Positions 49,138 through 58,220 of a DNA stretch of 64,000 nt are shown here, piece by piece; the first letter of the stretch is position 1, and the number at the start of each line of letters is the position of its first letter. A program made the position numbers and the translations under genes. Under the pieces are notes generated by a model, which saw only the letters and a list, made by a program, of their open reading frames with translations, had not been told where the DNA came from and ran no database searches. Source of the stretch: Burkholderiales bacterium (GTDB taxonomy: Bacteria; Pseudomonadota; Gammaproteobacteria; Burkholderiales; Burkholderiaceae_C); NCBI GenBank assembly GCA_038226155.1, contig JBBRQQ010000001.1:55548-119547 (forward strand). The letters are read 5' to 3'.

Positions 49138-49773
49138 ATGAAGCTTAAACCTGCCGCTTGGCTTGGAGTACTTTTTGTATTGACCTTTTTTGGAGAACCG
49201 GCCATGGCCACCGAAGAACCAGCGTTCACCGCCAGTATGAAAGAAGGCGCTTTCGAAGTCCGCAGCTACCCAGCTTTGGTAGCGGCGCAAGTCAGCGTGA
49301 CGGGCACGCGAGATGAGGCGTCGAGCGCTGGCTTCAAACTGCTGGCGGGATATATTTTTGGCGGAAACACGCGCCGACAGAGTATTGCAATGACAGCACC
49401 GGTGGTGCAGGCGCAGTCCGGCAGCGAGACCATCGCCATGACCGCCCCGGTGATTCAGACCCGCGTGCCCGGGCAATCTGGCGCGTGGACGGTGCGCTTC
49501 ATCATGCCGGCGACCTACACCCTGGACTCCTTGCCAACGCCCAACGATGCCAAAGTGCAATTGATGGTATTGCCACCAGCACGATTCGCCGCGGTTACCT
49601 TCTCCGGCCTTGCCGGTGAAGACGATGTGGCGCTGCGAACGACAGAGCTGAACGCCTACATCACGAGCCACGCATTGCAGGCAGATGGCCCGCCGGCCCT
49701 GGCCCGCTACAACCCGCCATGGACGCCGTGGTTCATGCGGCGCAACGAGGTCCTTGTTGCGGTCAGGCCCTAA
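49138..49773 (+). CDS. SOUL haem-binding family protein, secreted
   Basis: EEPAFTASMKEGAFEVRSYPALVAA, GFKLLAGYIFGGN, and IAMTAPV occurring twice. Confidence 0.75.
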   Translation: MKLKPAAWLGVLFVLTFFGEPAMATEEPAFTASMKEGAFEVRSYPALVAAQVSVTGTRDEASSAGFKLLAGYIFGGNTRRQSIAMTAPVVQAQSGSETIAMTAPVIQTRVPGQSGAWTVRFIMPATYTLDSLPTPNDAKVQLMVLPPARFAAVTFSGLAGEDDVALRTTELNAYITSHALQADGPPALARYNPPWTPWFMRRNEVLVAVRP

Positions 49774-49902
49774 GTACACTCCTGCGAAGTTGATTCCTGC
49801 AACTGTGAGGAATTTTCCGATGCGGAGCCGCAGATAGGCGTTTGACTGTGGTGAGCGCGAGTTCGACTCGCTGAATCAACAAAGGTCTGCATATTCGCGG
49901 AA

Positions 49903-50484
49903 CTACTGCGCTGGCACTTGCAGGCCCAGCAAGCGCGCCAATTCAGCTGTCGGCATAGAGCCCTCCTGCTTGACCAACTGGCCCGTCTGGGCGTTGATGG
50001 CCACCACGGTAGGAATCGACGCAAAGCCGAAGCGGTTCATCAGCTCGGTATTTTTCTTGACGGCGTCTTTTTGCGCGTCACTGTTATTTGCCGCGCTAAT
50101 CCCGCCTGTTTTGGCCATCATCGACGCTTCATGCGCTTCCATGGCGGCTGCCCCGTCGCTGGCGGCCAGTAGGGCGGCACCCTGCGAGCTGCTGGCGGCA
50201 TTCATCAGAGCCACTGGAATCCAGACAAATCTGGCCTGCGATTTAAGCGGCTTGGCGGCGTACCAAAGCGCGCCGCAATGCGGGCACTGGGCATCAAAAA
50301 ATACGTAAACCGTGCGCGCGCTCATGGCGGAGCCGACGGTGAAGCCTTTGGCCTCGGCGCTGATTAAATCAATGGATAAGGGCGCAGTAGCCGTTTTGGC
50401 CGGCGAATTACTGGTCGATTCACTGCAACCAGCGATCAAAAAACCGGCTGCTAACAATACGCTGAGAAAGATTCTGGATGTCAT
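49903..50484 (-). CDS. thioredoxin-fold thiol:disulfide interchange lipoprotein (DsbA/DsbG-like)
   Basis: Starts MTSRIFLSVLLAAGFLIAGC (lipobox). CPHC active site in FFDAQCPHCGALW. The 396-aa track ORF is a read-through over the usp region. Confidence 0.75.
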   Translation of the reverse strand: MTSRIFLSVLLAAGFLIAGCSESTSNSPAKTATAPLSIDLISAEAKGFTVGSAMSARTVYVFFDAQCPHCGALWYAAKPLKSQARFVWIPVALMNAASSSQGAALLAASDGAAAMEAHEASMMAKTGGISAANNSDAQKDAVKKNTELMNRFGFASIPTVVAINAQTGQLVKQEGSMPTAELARLLGLQVPAQ

Positions 50485-50553
50485 GGTCGGAAGGTTAAAA
50501 AAATGGGTCGGCTGAAAAAAGACGCAACTACAAAGGACAAAGAATAGCCGAAC

Positions 50554-50573
50554 GTGGTCTACCGCACATACAG
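50554..50573 (+). promoter_or_regulatory. Shared 20-mer, site 1: GTGGTCTACCGCACATACAG
   Basis: 19 of 20 positions identical to 55989-56008. Lies in the divergent dsbG-like/usp intergenic region, about 60 nt upstream of the usp ATG. Confidence 0.45.
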
Positions 50574-50634
50574 CATGCAACAAAACGCTGACTATAGACC
50601 GTCGCCATGTATCAACCAAACCAGGAGCGTTCCT

Positions 50635-51057
50635 ATGAAGATCCTGCTTGCCGCCGATGGCAGTCCATTCACCCAAAAAGCGCTGGAATTCATCACAGCC
50701 CGCAAAAGCGCTCTCATCGATGGCGATGAGCTGCTGGTAGTTAACGTGCAGGCACCCGTTCCGAGCCGCGTCACCACCATGCTGGGCTCTGCCGAGGTAG
50801 CCAGTTACCACGCGGAGAAATCCACCGAGGTGTTGGCTCCCATCAAGACATTCCTGGAAGACCACGCCATACGCCACCGTTGCATGGCGGTGGTTGGCAG
50901 TGCAGTGGAAGAGATTATTTTTGCGGCAAAAAACGCGCATGCCGACATGATCGTCATGGGTACACATGGTCACGGCTGGATTGGTCGCGCCGTAATGGGC
51001 AGCGTTGCCCAGCGCGTAGTGACCGACAGCGAGATCCCCGTTTTGCTGGTCAAGTAA
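50635..51057 (+). CDS. universal stress protein (UspA family)
   Basis: MKILLAADGSPFTQKALEFI, and MGTHGHGWIGRAVMGSVAQRVV carrying the G-x2-G-x9-G(S/T) ATP motif. AGGAG lies 8 nt upstream. Confidence 0.85.
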   Translation: MKILLAADGSPFTQKALEFITARKSALIDGDELLVVNVQAPVPSRVTTMLGSAEVASYHAEKSTEVLAPIKTFLEDHAIRHRCMAVVGSAVEEIIFAAKNAHADMIVMGTHGHGWIGRAVMGSVAQRVVTDSEIPVLLVK

Positions 51058-51105
51058 AAAAGCCCTCCCTGCCGCAACAAAACCGCGCCACAACCGAAAG
51101 CCGCC

Positions 51106-52170
51106 ATGAAAGCATTAATCTACGACGGCCCCGGGCTGAAGAGCCTTGCAGACCGCCCCAAGCCCGAGATTCGCGCGCCATCGGATGCCATCGTCCGCAT
51201 CACGCGCACCACGATCTGCGGTACAGACCTGCACATCCTCAAAGGCGATGTGCCTACCTGCAAGCCGGGAACCATCCTCGGTCACGAGGGCATCGGCGTG
51301 GTGGAATTCGCAGGTTCAGCCGTGACTGCCTTCAAACCGGGTGACAAGGTCCTGATCTCCTGCATCACGGCCTGTGGCCGCTGCGAGTATTGCCGCAGGG
51401 GCATGTATTCGCACTGCACCACGGGCGGCTGGATTCTCGGCAACAGCATAGACGGCACGCAGGCTGAATATGTGCGGATTCCCCATGCCGATACCAGCCT
51501 GCACCCCCTGCCCGACGGCCTAAAGGTCGCCGACGAAGAGGCGCTGGTCATGCTCAGCGACATTCTGCCGACCGGATTTGAATGCGGCGTACTCAACGGC
51601 AAAGTGCAGCCCGGCACAACCGTAGCCATTGTGGGTTCGGGCCCTATCGGGCTGGCAGCCCTGCTGACGGCCCAGCTGTATTCACCTGCCGCCATCATCA
51701 TGGTGGACCTGGACGACAACCGGCTCGCCGTCGGCAAAAAATTCGGCGCGACAGCCACGGTCAATAGCGCTGACGGCACGGCGGCGCAGCAGGTGATGAT
51801 GCTCACAGGCGGCCGGGGTGTCGACACCGCCATCGAAGCGGTAGGAATTCCCGCCACCTTCGAGCTGTGCCAGGACATCGTGGCACCGGGCGGCACTATC
51901 GCCAACGTAGGGGTACACGGCGTCAAGGCCGACCTGCACCTGGAGCGGCTGTGGTCGCACAACATCACCATCACCACGCGGCTGGTTGACACGGTCTCAA
52001 CGCCCATGCTGCTAAAAACCCTGCAATCGGGCCGAATTGATGCCACGCAGCTGATCACGCACCGCTTCACGCTGACACAGATTTTGCAGGCTTACGACAC
52101 CTTCAGCCAGGCGGCGGACACCAAGGCCCTTAAGGTCATCATCGAAGTACCAGACAAGGGCAAGGAATGA
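51106..52170 (+). CDS. zinc-dependent alcohol dehydrogenase family protein
   Basis: GHEGIGVV catalytic Zn, CGRCEYCRRG structural Zn, and GSGPIGL Rossmann motif. Confidence 0.9.
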   Translation: MKALIYDGPGLKSLADRPKPEIRAPSDAIVRITRTTICGTDLHILKGDVPTCKPGTILGHEGIGVVEFAGSAVTAFKPGDKVLISCITACGRCEYCRRGMYSHCTTGGWILGNSIDGTQAEYVRIPHADTSLHPLPDGLKVADEEALVMLSDILPTGFECGVLNGKVQPGTTVAIVGSGPIGLAALLTAQLYSPAAIIMVDLDDNRLAVGKKFGATATVNSADGTAAQQVMMLTGGRGVDTAIEAVGIPATFELCQDIVAPGGTIANVGVHGVKADLHLERLWSHNITITTRLVDTVSTPMLLKTLQSGRIDATQLITHRFTLTQILQAYDTFSQAADTKALKVIIEVPDKGKE

Positions 52171-52265
52171 TCACCATAGCCGACGGCACAACGGGCAAGC
52201 GCATCGCGCTGGGCGTGGCGCTGGCCGCGTTGCTGGTGGTCTTTGCACTGACGTACTGGCCATGA
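52167..52265 (+). CDS. candidate 32-aa single-TM peptide between the ADH and P-type ATPase genes
   Basis: MITIADGTTGKRIALGVALAALLVVFALTYWP. Its ATG overlaps the ADH TGA (ATGA). Too short for the ORF track, so the coding status is unproven. Confidence 0.3.
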   Translation: MITIADGTTGKRIALGVALAALLVVFALTYWP

Positions 52266-52296
52266 TTGGGCTACATGACCAAGATCCTGTAACGCC

Positions 52297-55137
52297 ATGA
52301 CACAGCCCGCCGGGCTTGATGACCCGTCCGTCAAAGGTATCGACGTCGTTGCAGCGGCAGCTGATGGAAATCTCGACAACGGCCTTGCGCAGCAGGAGGC
52401 CTCGCGAAGGCTCTCGCAGAATGGGTCCAACGAGCTGCGCTCTGCGCCGCTGGTGCCTGCGTGGCGGCGTTTGCTGTCACAGTTTCAAGATCCGCTGATT
52501 TACCTGCTGCTGGTCGCCATCACCATCTCGCTGGCAGCCTGGGCTGTTGAGGGTCGGCAAGGTTGGCCCATTGATGCCGTGGTGATCGCAATAATGGTTT
52601 TGCTCAATGGCGCGCTGGGCTATCTGGAGGAAGCCAAAGCCCGCGATGCCGTCGCTGCCCTGGCGCGCATGACGCAGGCAAGCTCCAACGTGATCCGGGG
52701 ATCACAAAAGATGCTTGTGCCCAGTGCTGACCTCGTCGTCGGTGATTTGCTGGTTCTGGGCGAAGGTGATGCCGTAGGTGCCGATGCCCGCCTGGTTCAG
52801 GCTACCGCATTGCACGTGCAGGAGGCGTCACTAACGGGTGAAAGCCAGGCCGTCGTGAAAAACGTCGCCACTCTGCCAGAGCCGACCACCATCGGCGACC
52901 GGCTCAATATGGTTTTTAAGGGCACGATGGTGGTGCAGGGTCAGGCCCGTGCGGTTGTAACGGCAACCGGTAGGCAGACCGAGATGGGTGCCATCGCCGA
53001 TATGCTTAATGCAACGGTCGAAGCGCCGACACCGCTGGAACAAGAAGTCTCCCGAATCGGCGGCATGCTGGGCATAGCGGTGATCGTGATTGCTTTAGTG
53101 GTGGTGAGCACCATTTTGTACATCTCCGACATAAGCTCTGCAAGTGATGTGCTCAAGGTATTGCTGCTGGGCGTTGCGCTGGCGGTAGCAGCTGTGCCCG
53201 AGGGGCTACCGGCTATTTTGTCGGTGGTGTTGGCACTCGGCGTCAGGCGTATGGCTGGACATAAGGCCATCGTTAAAAAGCTGTCGTCCGTGGAAACGCT
53301 GGGCTCTGCAACGGTCATCTGCAGCGACAAGACCGGCACCTTGACCCGCGCAGAGATGACAATTGTGCGTATCGCCACGGCTTCGGGCATCACCAGCGTT
53401 ACCGGCGTGGGCTACGTGCCCGATGGCCATGTCGAATCTGCAGGCACTTCGATCGTCTCTGGCGCGCTGTTTGATGAACAGGCCATGCTGCTAACCCGTG
53501 GTTGCCTGGCAGGTAATGCCAGCCTGAGCCAGGGTGCCGATGGCCAATGGTCTATTCAGGGCGACCCCACCGAGGCGGCCTTCTGGGTGGCGGAGCTAAA
53601 GCTGGGCGTGTCTGCACAGCGCCAGCAGCACTTTGAGCGCATCGGGCAACTTCCCTTTACCGCTGTGCGCAAGATGATGTCAACGATAGAGATTGACCAC
53701 GACCACGGCGACCAGATAATCGTCATCACCAAGGGCGCACCAGACGTGCTGCTGCAGCGGTGTTCGCACCAGCAGATAGGACCCGACATCGTGCCGCTGG
53801 ACGAGGCACAGCGCGCACGTATCGTGGCTAATGTTGATGCACTGTCAGACGAGGCGCTACGTACACTTGCGGTGGCCTGGCGGCCGCTGCTGGCGGACGA
53901 AGACCAAACGGCAACCGAGACACTCGAACAAAACCTGGTATTCGTCGGAACCGTCGGCATGATGGATCCTCCGCGCGAAGAGGCTGCAGTGGCCATCCGC
54001 GAGGCACAACAGGCGGGCATACGGATCATCATGATTACCGGCGACCACCCGCGTACTGCCGTACGTATCGCGACCGACCTCGGCATCGTCCAGGCCAGCG
54101 CGCCGGTACTGACGGGCGTTGAAATTGACACACTGGACAAAGCTGCTTTCGCGGCAGCGACCCGCACCACATCGGTCTACGCAAGGGTGTCGCCTGCACA
54201 CAAACTGCGCATCATCGATGCCTTGCAGGCCGATGGCAATGTCGTGGCCATGACAGGCGATGGTGTCAACGATGCACCGGCACTAAAATCTGCAGACATC
54301 GGTATCGCAATGGGCGTGACAGGAACCGAAGTCGCCAAGGACGCAGCCAAAGTGATTTTGGTCGATGACAACTTCGCCACCATTGTGCAGGCGGTGCGCG
54401 AGGGCCGCAATGTTCTGGACAACATCCGCAAGTTTCTGCGTTATCTGCTGTCTTCCAATATGGGCGAGGTGTTGACGGTATTTCTCGGGGTGGTAGGTGC
54501 AGGCGTGATCGGCCTCACGCAACCCGGTATGGCCGTCGTATTGCCACTGCTGGCGACGCAGATTCTATGGCTCAACCTGATCACGGACTCATGGCCTGCA
54601 CTCGCCATGGGAATTGATCCGCCGACAGACGATGTCATGCAACGCCCGCCAAGGCACCCGGACGACAGGGTGATGGATGCACGCATGTGGATGGGGGTAT
54701 TCGAGATCGGGACGGTTATCGCTGTTGTGACGCTGCTCACCATGGATATTTACCTGCCCGGCGGTCTGATAGAGGGAACTGGGGACCTTGCTACGGCGCG
54801 CAGCGCAGGGTTTACGGTGCTGGTTCTTGCGCATTTGTTCAATTGTTTTAGTGCGCGATCTGAAACGGCAAGCGCTTTTGCACACCTGTTTTCGAATGCG
54901 TGGCTCTGGGGTGCTGTTGCACTGTCGGGTCTGCTACAGATTGGCGTGGTACATGTGCCCGTCCTGAACATCGCCTTCGGCACAGCGCCACTCACGGCGA
55001 ACCAATGGCTGGTGTGCGCAGCCATGGCAAGTGTGCCCCTTTGGTACAGCGAATTACGAAAACTTGCGGGCCGTACCTGGCGCTCATCACGCTCTTCACG
55101 CCGAGCACTGGTTTCAGTCCATGGCAAAACATCATGA
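52297..55137 (+). CDS. cation-transporting P-type ATPase (P2/Ca2+-Mg2+-like)
   Basis: CSDKTGTLT phosphorylation site, TGES, MITGDH and MTGDGVNDAPALK motifs; about 10 TM helices; 946 aa. Confidence 0.9.
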   Translation: MTQPAGLDDPSVKGIDVVAAAADGNLDNGLAQQEASRRLSQNGSNELRSAPLVPAWRRLLSQFQDPLIYLLLVAITISLAAWAVEGRQGWPIDAVVIAIMVLLNGALGYLEEAKARDAVAALARMTQASSNVIRGSQKMLVPSADLVVGDLLVLGEGDAVGADARLVQATALHVQEASLTGESQAVVKNVATLPEPTTIGDRLNMVFKGTMVVQGQARAVVTATGRQTEMGAIADMLNATVEAPTPLEQEVSRIGGMLGIAVIVIALVVVSTILYISDISSASDVLKVLLLGVALAVAAVPEGLPAILSVVLALGVRRMAGHKAIVKKLSSVETLGSATVICSDKTGTLTRAEMTIVRIATASGITSVTGVGYVPDGHVESAGTSIVSGALFDEQAMLLTRGCLAGNASLSQGADGQWSIQGDPTEAAFWVAELKLGVSAQRQQHFERIGQLPFTAVRKMMSTIEIDHDHGDQIIVITKGAPDVLLQRCSHQQIGPDIVPLDEAQRARIVANVDALSDEALRTLAVAWRPLLADEDQTATETLEQNLVFVGTVGMMDPPREEAAVAIREAQQAGIRIIMITGDHPRTAVRIATDLGIVQASAPVLTGVEIDTLDKAAFAAATRTTSVYARVSPAHKLRIIDALQADGNVVAMTGDGVNDAPALKSADIGIAMGVTGTEVAKDAAKVILVDDNFATIVQAVREGRNVLDNIRKFLRYLLSSNMGEVLTVFLGVVGAGVIGLTQPGMAVVLPLLATQILWLNLITDSWPALAMGIDPPTDDVMQRPPRHPDDRVMDARMWMGVFEIGTVIAVVTLLTMDIYLPGGLIEGTGDLATARSAGFTVLVLAHLFNCFSARSETASAFAHLFSNAWLWGAVALSGLLQIGVVHVPVLNIAFGTAPLTANQWLVCAAMASVPLWYSELRKLAGRTWRSSRSSRRALVSVHGKTS

Positions 55138-55223
55138 ACATACCCGCGGCCAAAACGTTCCACACAATACCTGTCGGGTCACAATCAACACCTTACTGAC
55201 CTCCCTGTCCAGAGAACCACACC

Positions 55224-55913
55224 ATGAGACATATTGAGCGGCACAGAACGTCCCGCATCGGCTGGCTGAGGGCTGCCGTGCTCGGGGCGAATGACGGCAT
55301 CGTTTCCACCGCCAGTCTGATGCTCGGTGTTGCAGCCGCGCATGCGTCCCAGAGCAACATTTTGCTCACCGGCATTGCCGGACTCGTCGCCGGTGCCATG
55401 TCCATGGCGGCCGGGGAATATGTTTCTGTCCATTCGCAGGCTGATACAGAGAAGGCCGAACTGGCGCGTGAGAGCGCCGAGATTGCAGCCGATGCCGATG
55501 CTGAAAAACGCGAGTTAACGGCGATCTATGTCGCCCGCGGGCTTGATCAGACGCTGGCGCTGCAAGTAGCAACCCAACTGATGGCGCATGACGCCCTGGG
55601 TGCCCATGCGCGCGATGAGCTGGGCATTTCAGACACGCTAAGCGCCCGCCCCACCCAGGCAGCGCTGGCATCTGCTGCCAGTTTTGCGGTGGGTGCAGGG
55701 CTACCCGTTGCGGTGGCGACGCTGGCATCTGGCAACAACCTGCCTTACTGGATTTCGGGTACTTCTCTTGTTTTTTTGGCCTTGCTGGGTGCAGTTGCCG
55801 CCCGTGCGGGCGGAGCCAACACACTGACCGGGGCTTTGCGTATCACTTTCTGGGGGGTACTTGCCATGGTCATCACCGCAGCCATCGGTGCAGCGGTCGG
55901 GACTTCAATTTAG
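55224..55913 (+). CDS. VIT1/CCC1 family iron/manganese transporter
   Basis: GWLRAAVLGANDGIVSTASLMLGVAAA, a central acidic helix region and C-terminal TM helices. Confidence 0.85.
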   Translation: MRHIERHRTSRIGWLRAAVLGANDGIVSTASLMLGVAAAHASQSNILLTGIAGLVAGAMSMAAGEYVSVHSQADTEKAELARESAEIAADADAEKRELTAIYVARGLDQTLALQVATQLMAHDALGAHARDELGISDTLSARPTQAALASAASFAVGAGLPVAVATLASGNNLPYWISGTSLVFLALLGAVAARAGGANTLTGALRITFWGVLAMVITAAIGAAVGTSI

Positions 55914-55988
55914 GGTCTTCACGTCTCCGTCTTCGCGCAGATGCTTCCTGTCCGGTGTTTTAATCAGGTAGCGCATAAAGGCTACTAT

Positions 55989-56008
55989 GTGGTCTACCGC
56001 ACAGACAG
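55989..56008 (+). promoter_or_regulatory. Shared 20-mer, site 2: GTGGTCTACCGCACAGACAG
   Basis: 19 of 20 positions identical to 50554-50573, about 95 nt upstream of the hybrid kinase ATG. Confidence 0.45.
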
Positions 56009-56102
56009 AGTATAGCGAAACTGTGAATATCAACAGGTGCTACTTTCTGTCAGCACGAGACTATTGACACGCACGTTCGTTTTACTACTATAAAAATCGG
56101 TC

Positions 56103-58220
56103 ATGCCCCAAACCAACAGCCTCAGCCTTCTCGATGATATTGCGCGGGCTGACGGCATAGAAATTAAACGCCAGGAGGCGCTGCTCAAAACGGGCGCACT
56201 GCAAAACGCCGTTCTTACGAGTGAAAATTTCTCCATCATTGCGACGGACGAAAAAGGCATCATCCAGCTGTTCAACGTGGGCGCCGAGCGGATGCTGGGC
56301 TACATGGCAGCCGATGTGGTCAACAAGATCAACCCCAGCGACATCCATGACCCGCAAGAGGTGATGGCGCGGGCGCAGGCCCTGAGCCTTGAGCTGGAAA
56401 CCTCCATCACCCCCGGCTTTGAGGCGCTGGCCTTCAAGGCATCACGCGGTATTGAAGACATTTACGAGCTGACCTACATCTGCAAGGATGGCAGCCGCTT
56501 TCCGGCCATCGTGTCGATCACGGCGCTGCGCGATGACGTCAGCACCATCATTGGCTACCTGTTGATCGGTACCGACAACACCGTGCGCAAACGGGCAGAA
56601 GAAGAGCAAAACAGGTTAGAGCAGCGCCTGCGTGACCAGCAGTTCTACACGCGCTCCCTGATCGAGTCCAGCGTCGATGCGCTGATGACCACCGATCCCA
56701 AGGGCTACATCACGGACGTCAACAGGCAAATGGAGGAGTTGACAGGCCGTACACGCGATGAACTGATAGGAGCGCCGTTCAAGCACTATTTCACAGACCC
56801 GGATCGGGCGCAGGCGGGCATCGACAAGGTCCTCAGGGAGACCAAGGTCACCAACTATGAACTGGTCGCACTCAGCAGCAAAGGTGTGCAAACGCTGGTG
56901 TCCTACAGTGCGAGCACTTTTTACGATCGCGACCGGCAGTTGCTGGGCGTATTCGCCGCAGCCCGCGACATCACCGACAGAAAACTGATTGATCTCATTC
57001 TTCAGGAAAAAAACATCGAACTGGAAAACGCGATCGCATTCGCCGAGAAGGCGAATCGCGCGAAGTCGGATTTTCTGTCCAGCATGAGCCATGAGCTGCG
57101 CACGCCGTTGAGCGCCATTCTTGGCTTTGCTCAATTGATTGAGTCGGGTACGCCGCAGCCCACACCGTCACAAAAGCGCAGCGTTGATCAGATCCTCCAA
57201 TCCGGCTGGTATCTGCTGGATCTCATCAACGAAATTCTTGACCTGGCATTGATTGAGTCCGGCAAACTGTCGTTGTCGCTGGAGCCCGTGTCGCTGGCTG
57301 ACGTCATGCAGGAATGCGAAACCATGATTGAGCCACAGGCAGAAAAGCGTGGCATCAGTGTGTCTTTCCCCCTACTTAGTGTGCCTATATTTGTCAAAGC
57401 TGACCGCCGCCGACTTAAACAGGTGCTTATCAACCTTTTGTCAAACGCCATCAAATACAACAGCCCACGCGGCACCGTCGCCGTCGCCTGCAAGGTAATG
57501 ACACCACAACAAATCCGCATCTGCGTTGAAGACACGGGAGCCGGCCTGAGCGCCGAGAAGATTGAGCAACTGTTTCAGCCCTTCAATCGTCTTGGGCAAG
57601 AAGCTGCCGCTGAACAAGGCACTGGCATTGGCCTTGTCATGACCAAGCGGCTGGTCGAGTTGATGGGTGGCCTTATTGGTGTCGAAAGCCAGGTCGGAAA
57701 AGGCAGCATCTTTTGGCTCGAGTTGAACGTTACGACTGCGGAGAAGCTGCATGTTGGCACACTTGATGTCGCCACAGACGCTGTACCCACGTTGGGTGAA
57801 GGTTCCAGGATAGCTACCCTGCTGTACGTGGAGGACAACCCGGCCAACCTGATGCTGATTGAAGACCTGGTTGCACGCCGCCCCGACCTGCGCCTGCTGT
57901 CGGCCAGAGACGGTATCAGTGGCGTGGAAATTGCTCGCACCGCATTGCCAGATGTCGTTTTGATGGACATTAACCTGCCCGGCCTCAGCGGCATACAGGC
58001 CATGCGCATCCTGGCTACAGATGTGACCACCGCCCATATTCCGGTGGTAGCACTGAGTGCCAATGCCATGCCAAGCGATATCAAAAAAGGCCTGGAGGCG
58101 GGCTTTTTCCGTTACCTCACCAAGCCGATCAAGATCAATGAATTTATGACAATACTTGGCGAAGCACTCGAATTTTCAAAGCTTCAAACCGCTCACTCCA
58201 ATGCAAAGGTAAACGCCTGA
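56103..58220 (+). CDS. cytoplasmic PAS-PAS hybrid sensor histidine kinase/response regulator
   Basis: Two PAS regions, H-box SHELRTPLSAILGF, N/G boxes (NLLSNAIKY, GTGIGL) and a C-terminal REC domain (VLMDINLPGLSG). No TM helix. Confidence 0.9.
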   Translation: MPQTNSLSLLDDIARADGIEIKRQEALLKTGALQNAVLTSENFSIIATDEKGIIQLFNVGAERMLGYMAADVVNKINPSDIHDPQEVMARAQALSLELETSITPGFEALAFKASRGIEDIYELTYICKDGSRFPAIVSITALRDDVSTIIGYLLIGTDNTVRKRAEEEQNRLEQRLRDQQFYTRSLIESSVDALMTTDPKGYITDVNRQMEELTGRTRDELIGAPFKHYFTDPDRAQAGIDKVLRETKVTNYELVALSSKGVQTLVSYSASTFYDRDRQLLGVFAAARDITDRKLIDLILQEKNIELENAIAFAEKANRAKSDFLSSMSHELRTPLSAILGFAQLIESGTPQPTPSQKRSVDQILQSGWYLLDLINEILDLALIESGKLSLSLEPVSLADVMQECETMIEPQAEKRGISVSFPLLSVPIFVKADRRRLKQVLINLLSNAIKYNSPRGTVAVACKVMTPQQIRICVEDTGAGLSAEKIEQLFQPFNRLGQEAAAEQGTGIGLVMTKRLVELMGGLIGVESQVGKGSIFWLELNVTTAEKLHVGTLDVATDAVPTLGEGSRIATLLYVEDNPANLMLIEDLVARRPDLRLLSARDGISGVEIARTALPDVVLMDINLPGLSGIQAMRILATDVTTAHIPVVALSANAMPSDIKKGLEAGFFRYLTKPIKINEFMTILGEALEFSKLQTAHSNAKVNA

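Noticed and set aside
50485-50634. FNR (TTGAT-N4-ATCAA) or CRP (TGTGA-N6-TCACA) boxes in the usp, kinase (55914-56102) and crp/ATP-grasp (61761-62001) promoters
   Set aside because: Only isolated ATCAA half-sites were found (GTATCAACC, ATATCAACAGG, GCATCAAC), with no matching upstream half at the correct spacing. GTCAC-N18-GTGAC at about 61797-61824 has the wrong spacing for known Crp-family sites.
49903-51093. 396-aa minus-strand ORF covering the usp region
   Set aside because: Only its last 193 codons (lipobox plus CPHC thioredoxin fold) are credible. The upstream part is antisense to a well-supported Usp gene with an AGGAG ribosome-binding site.
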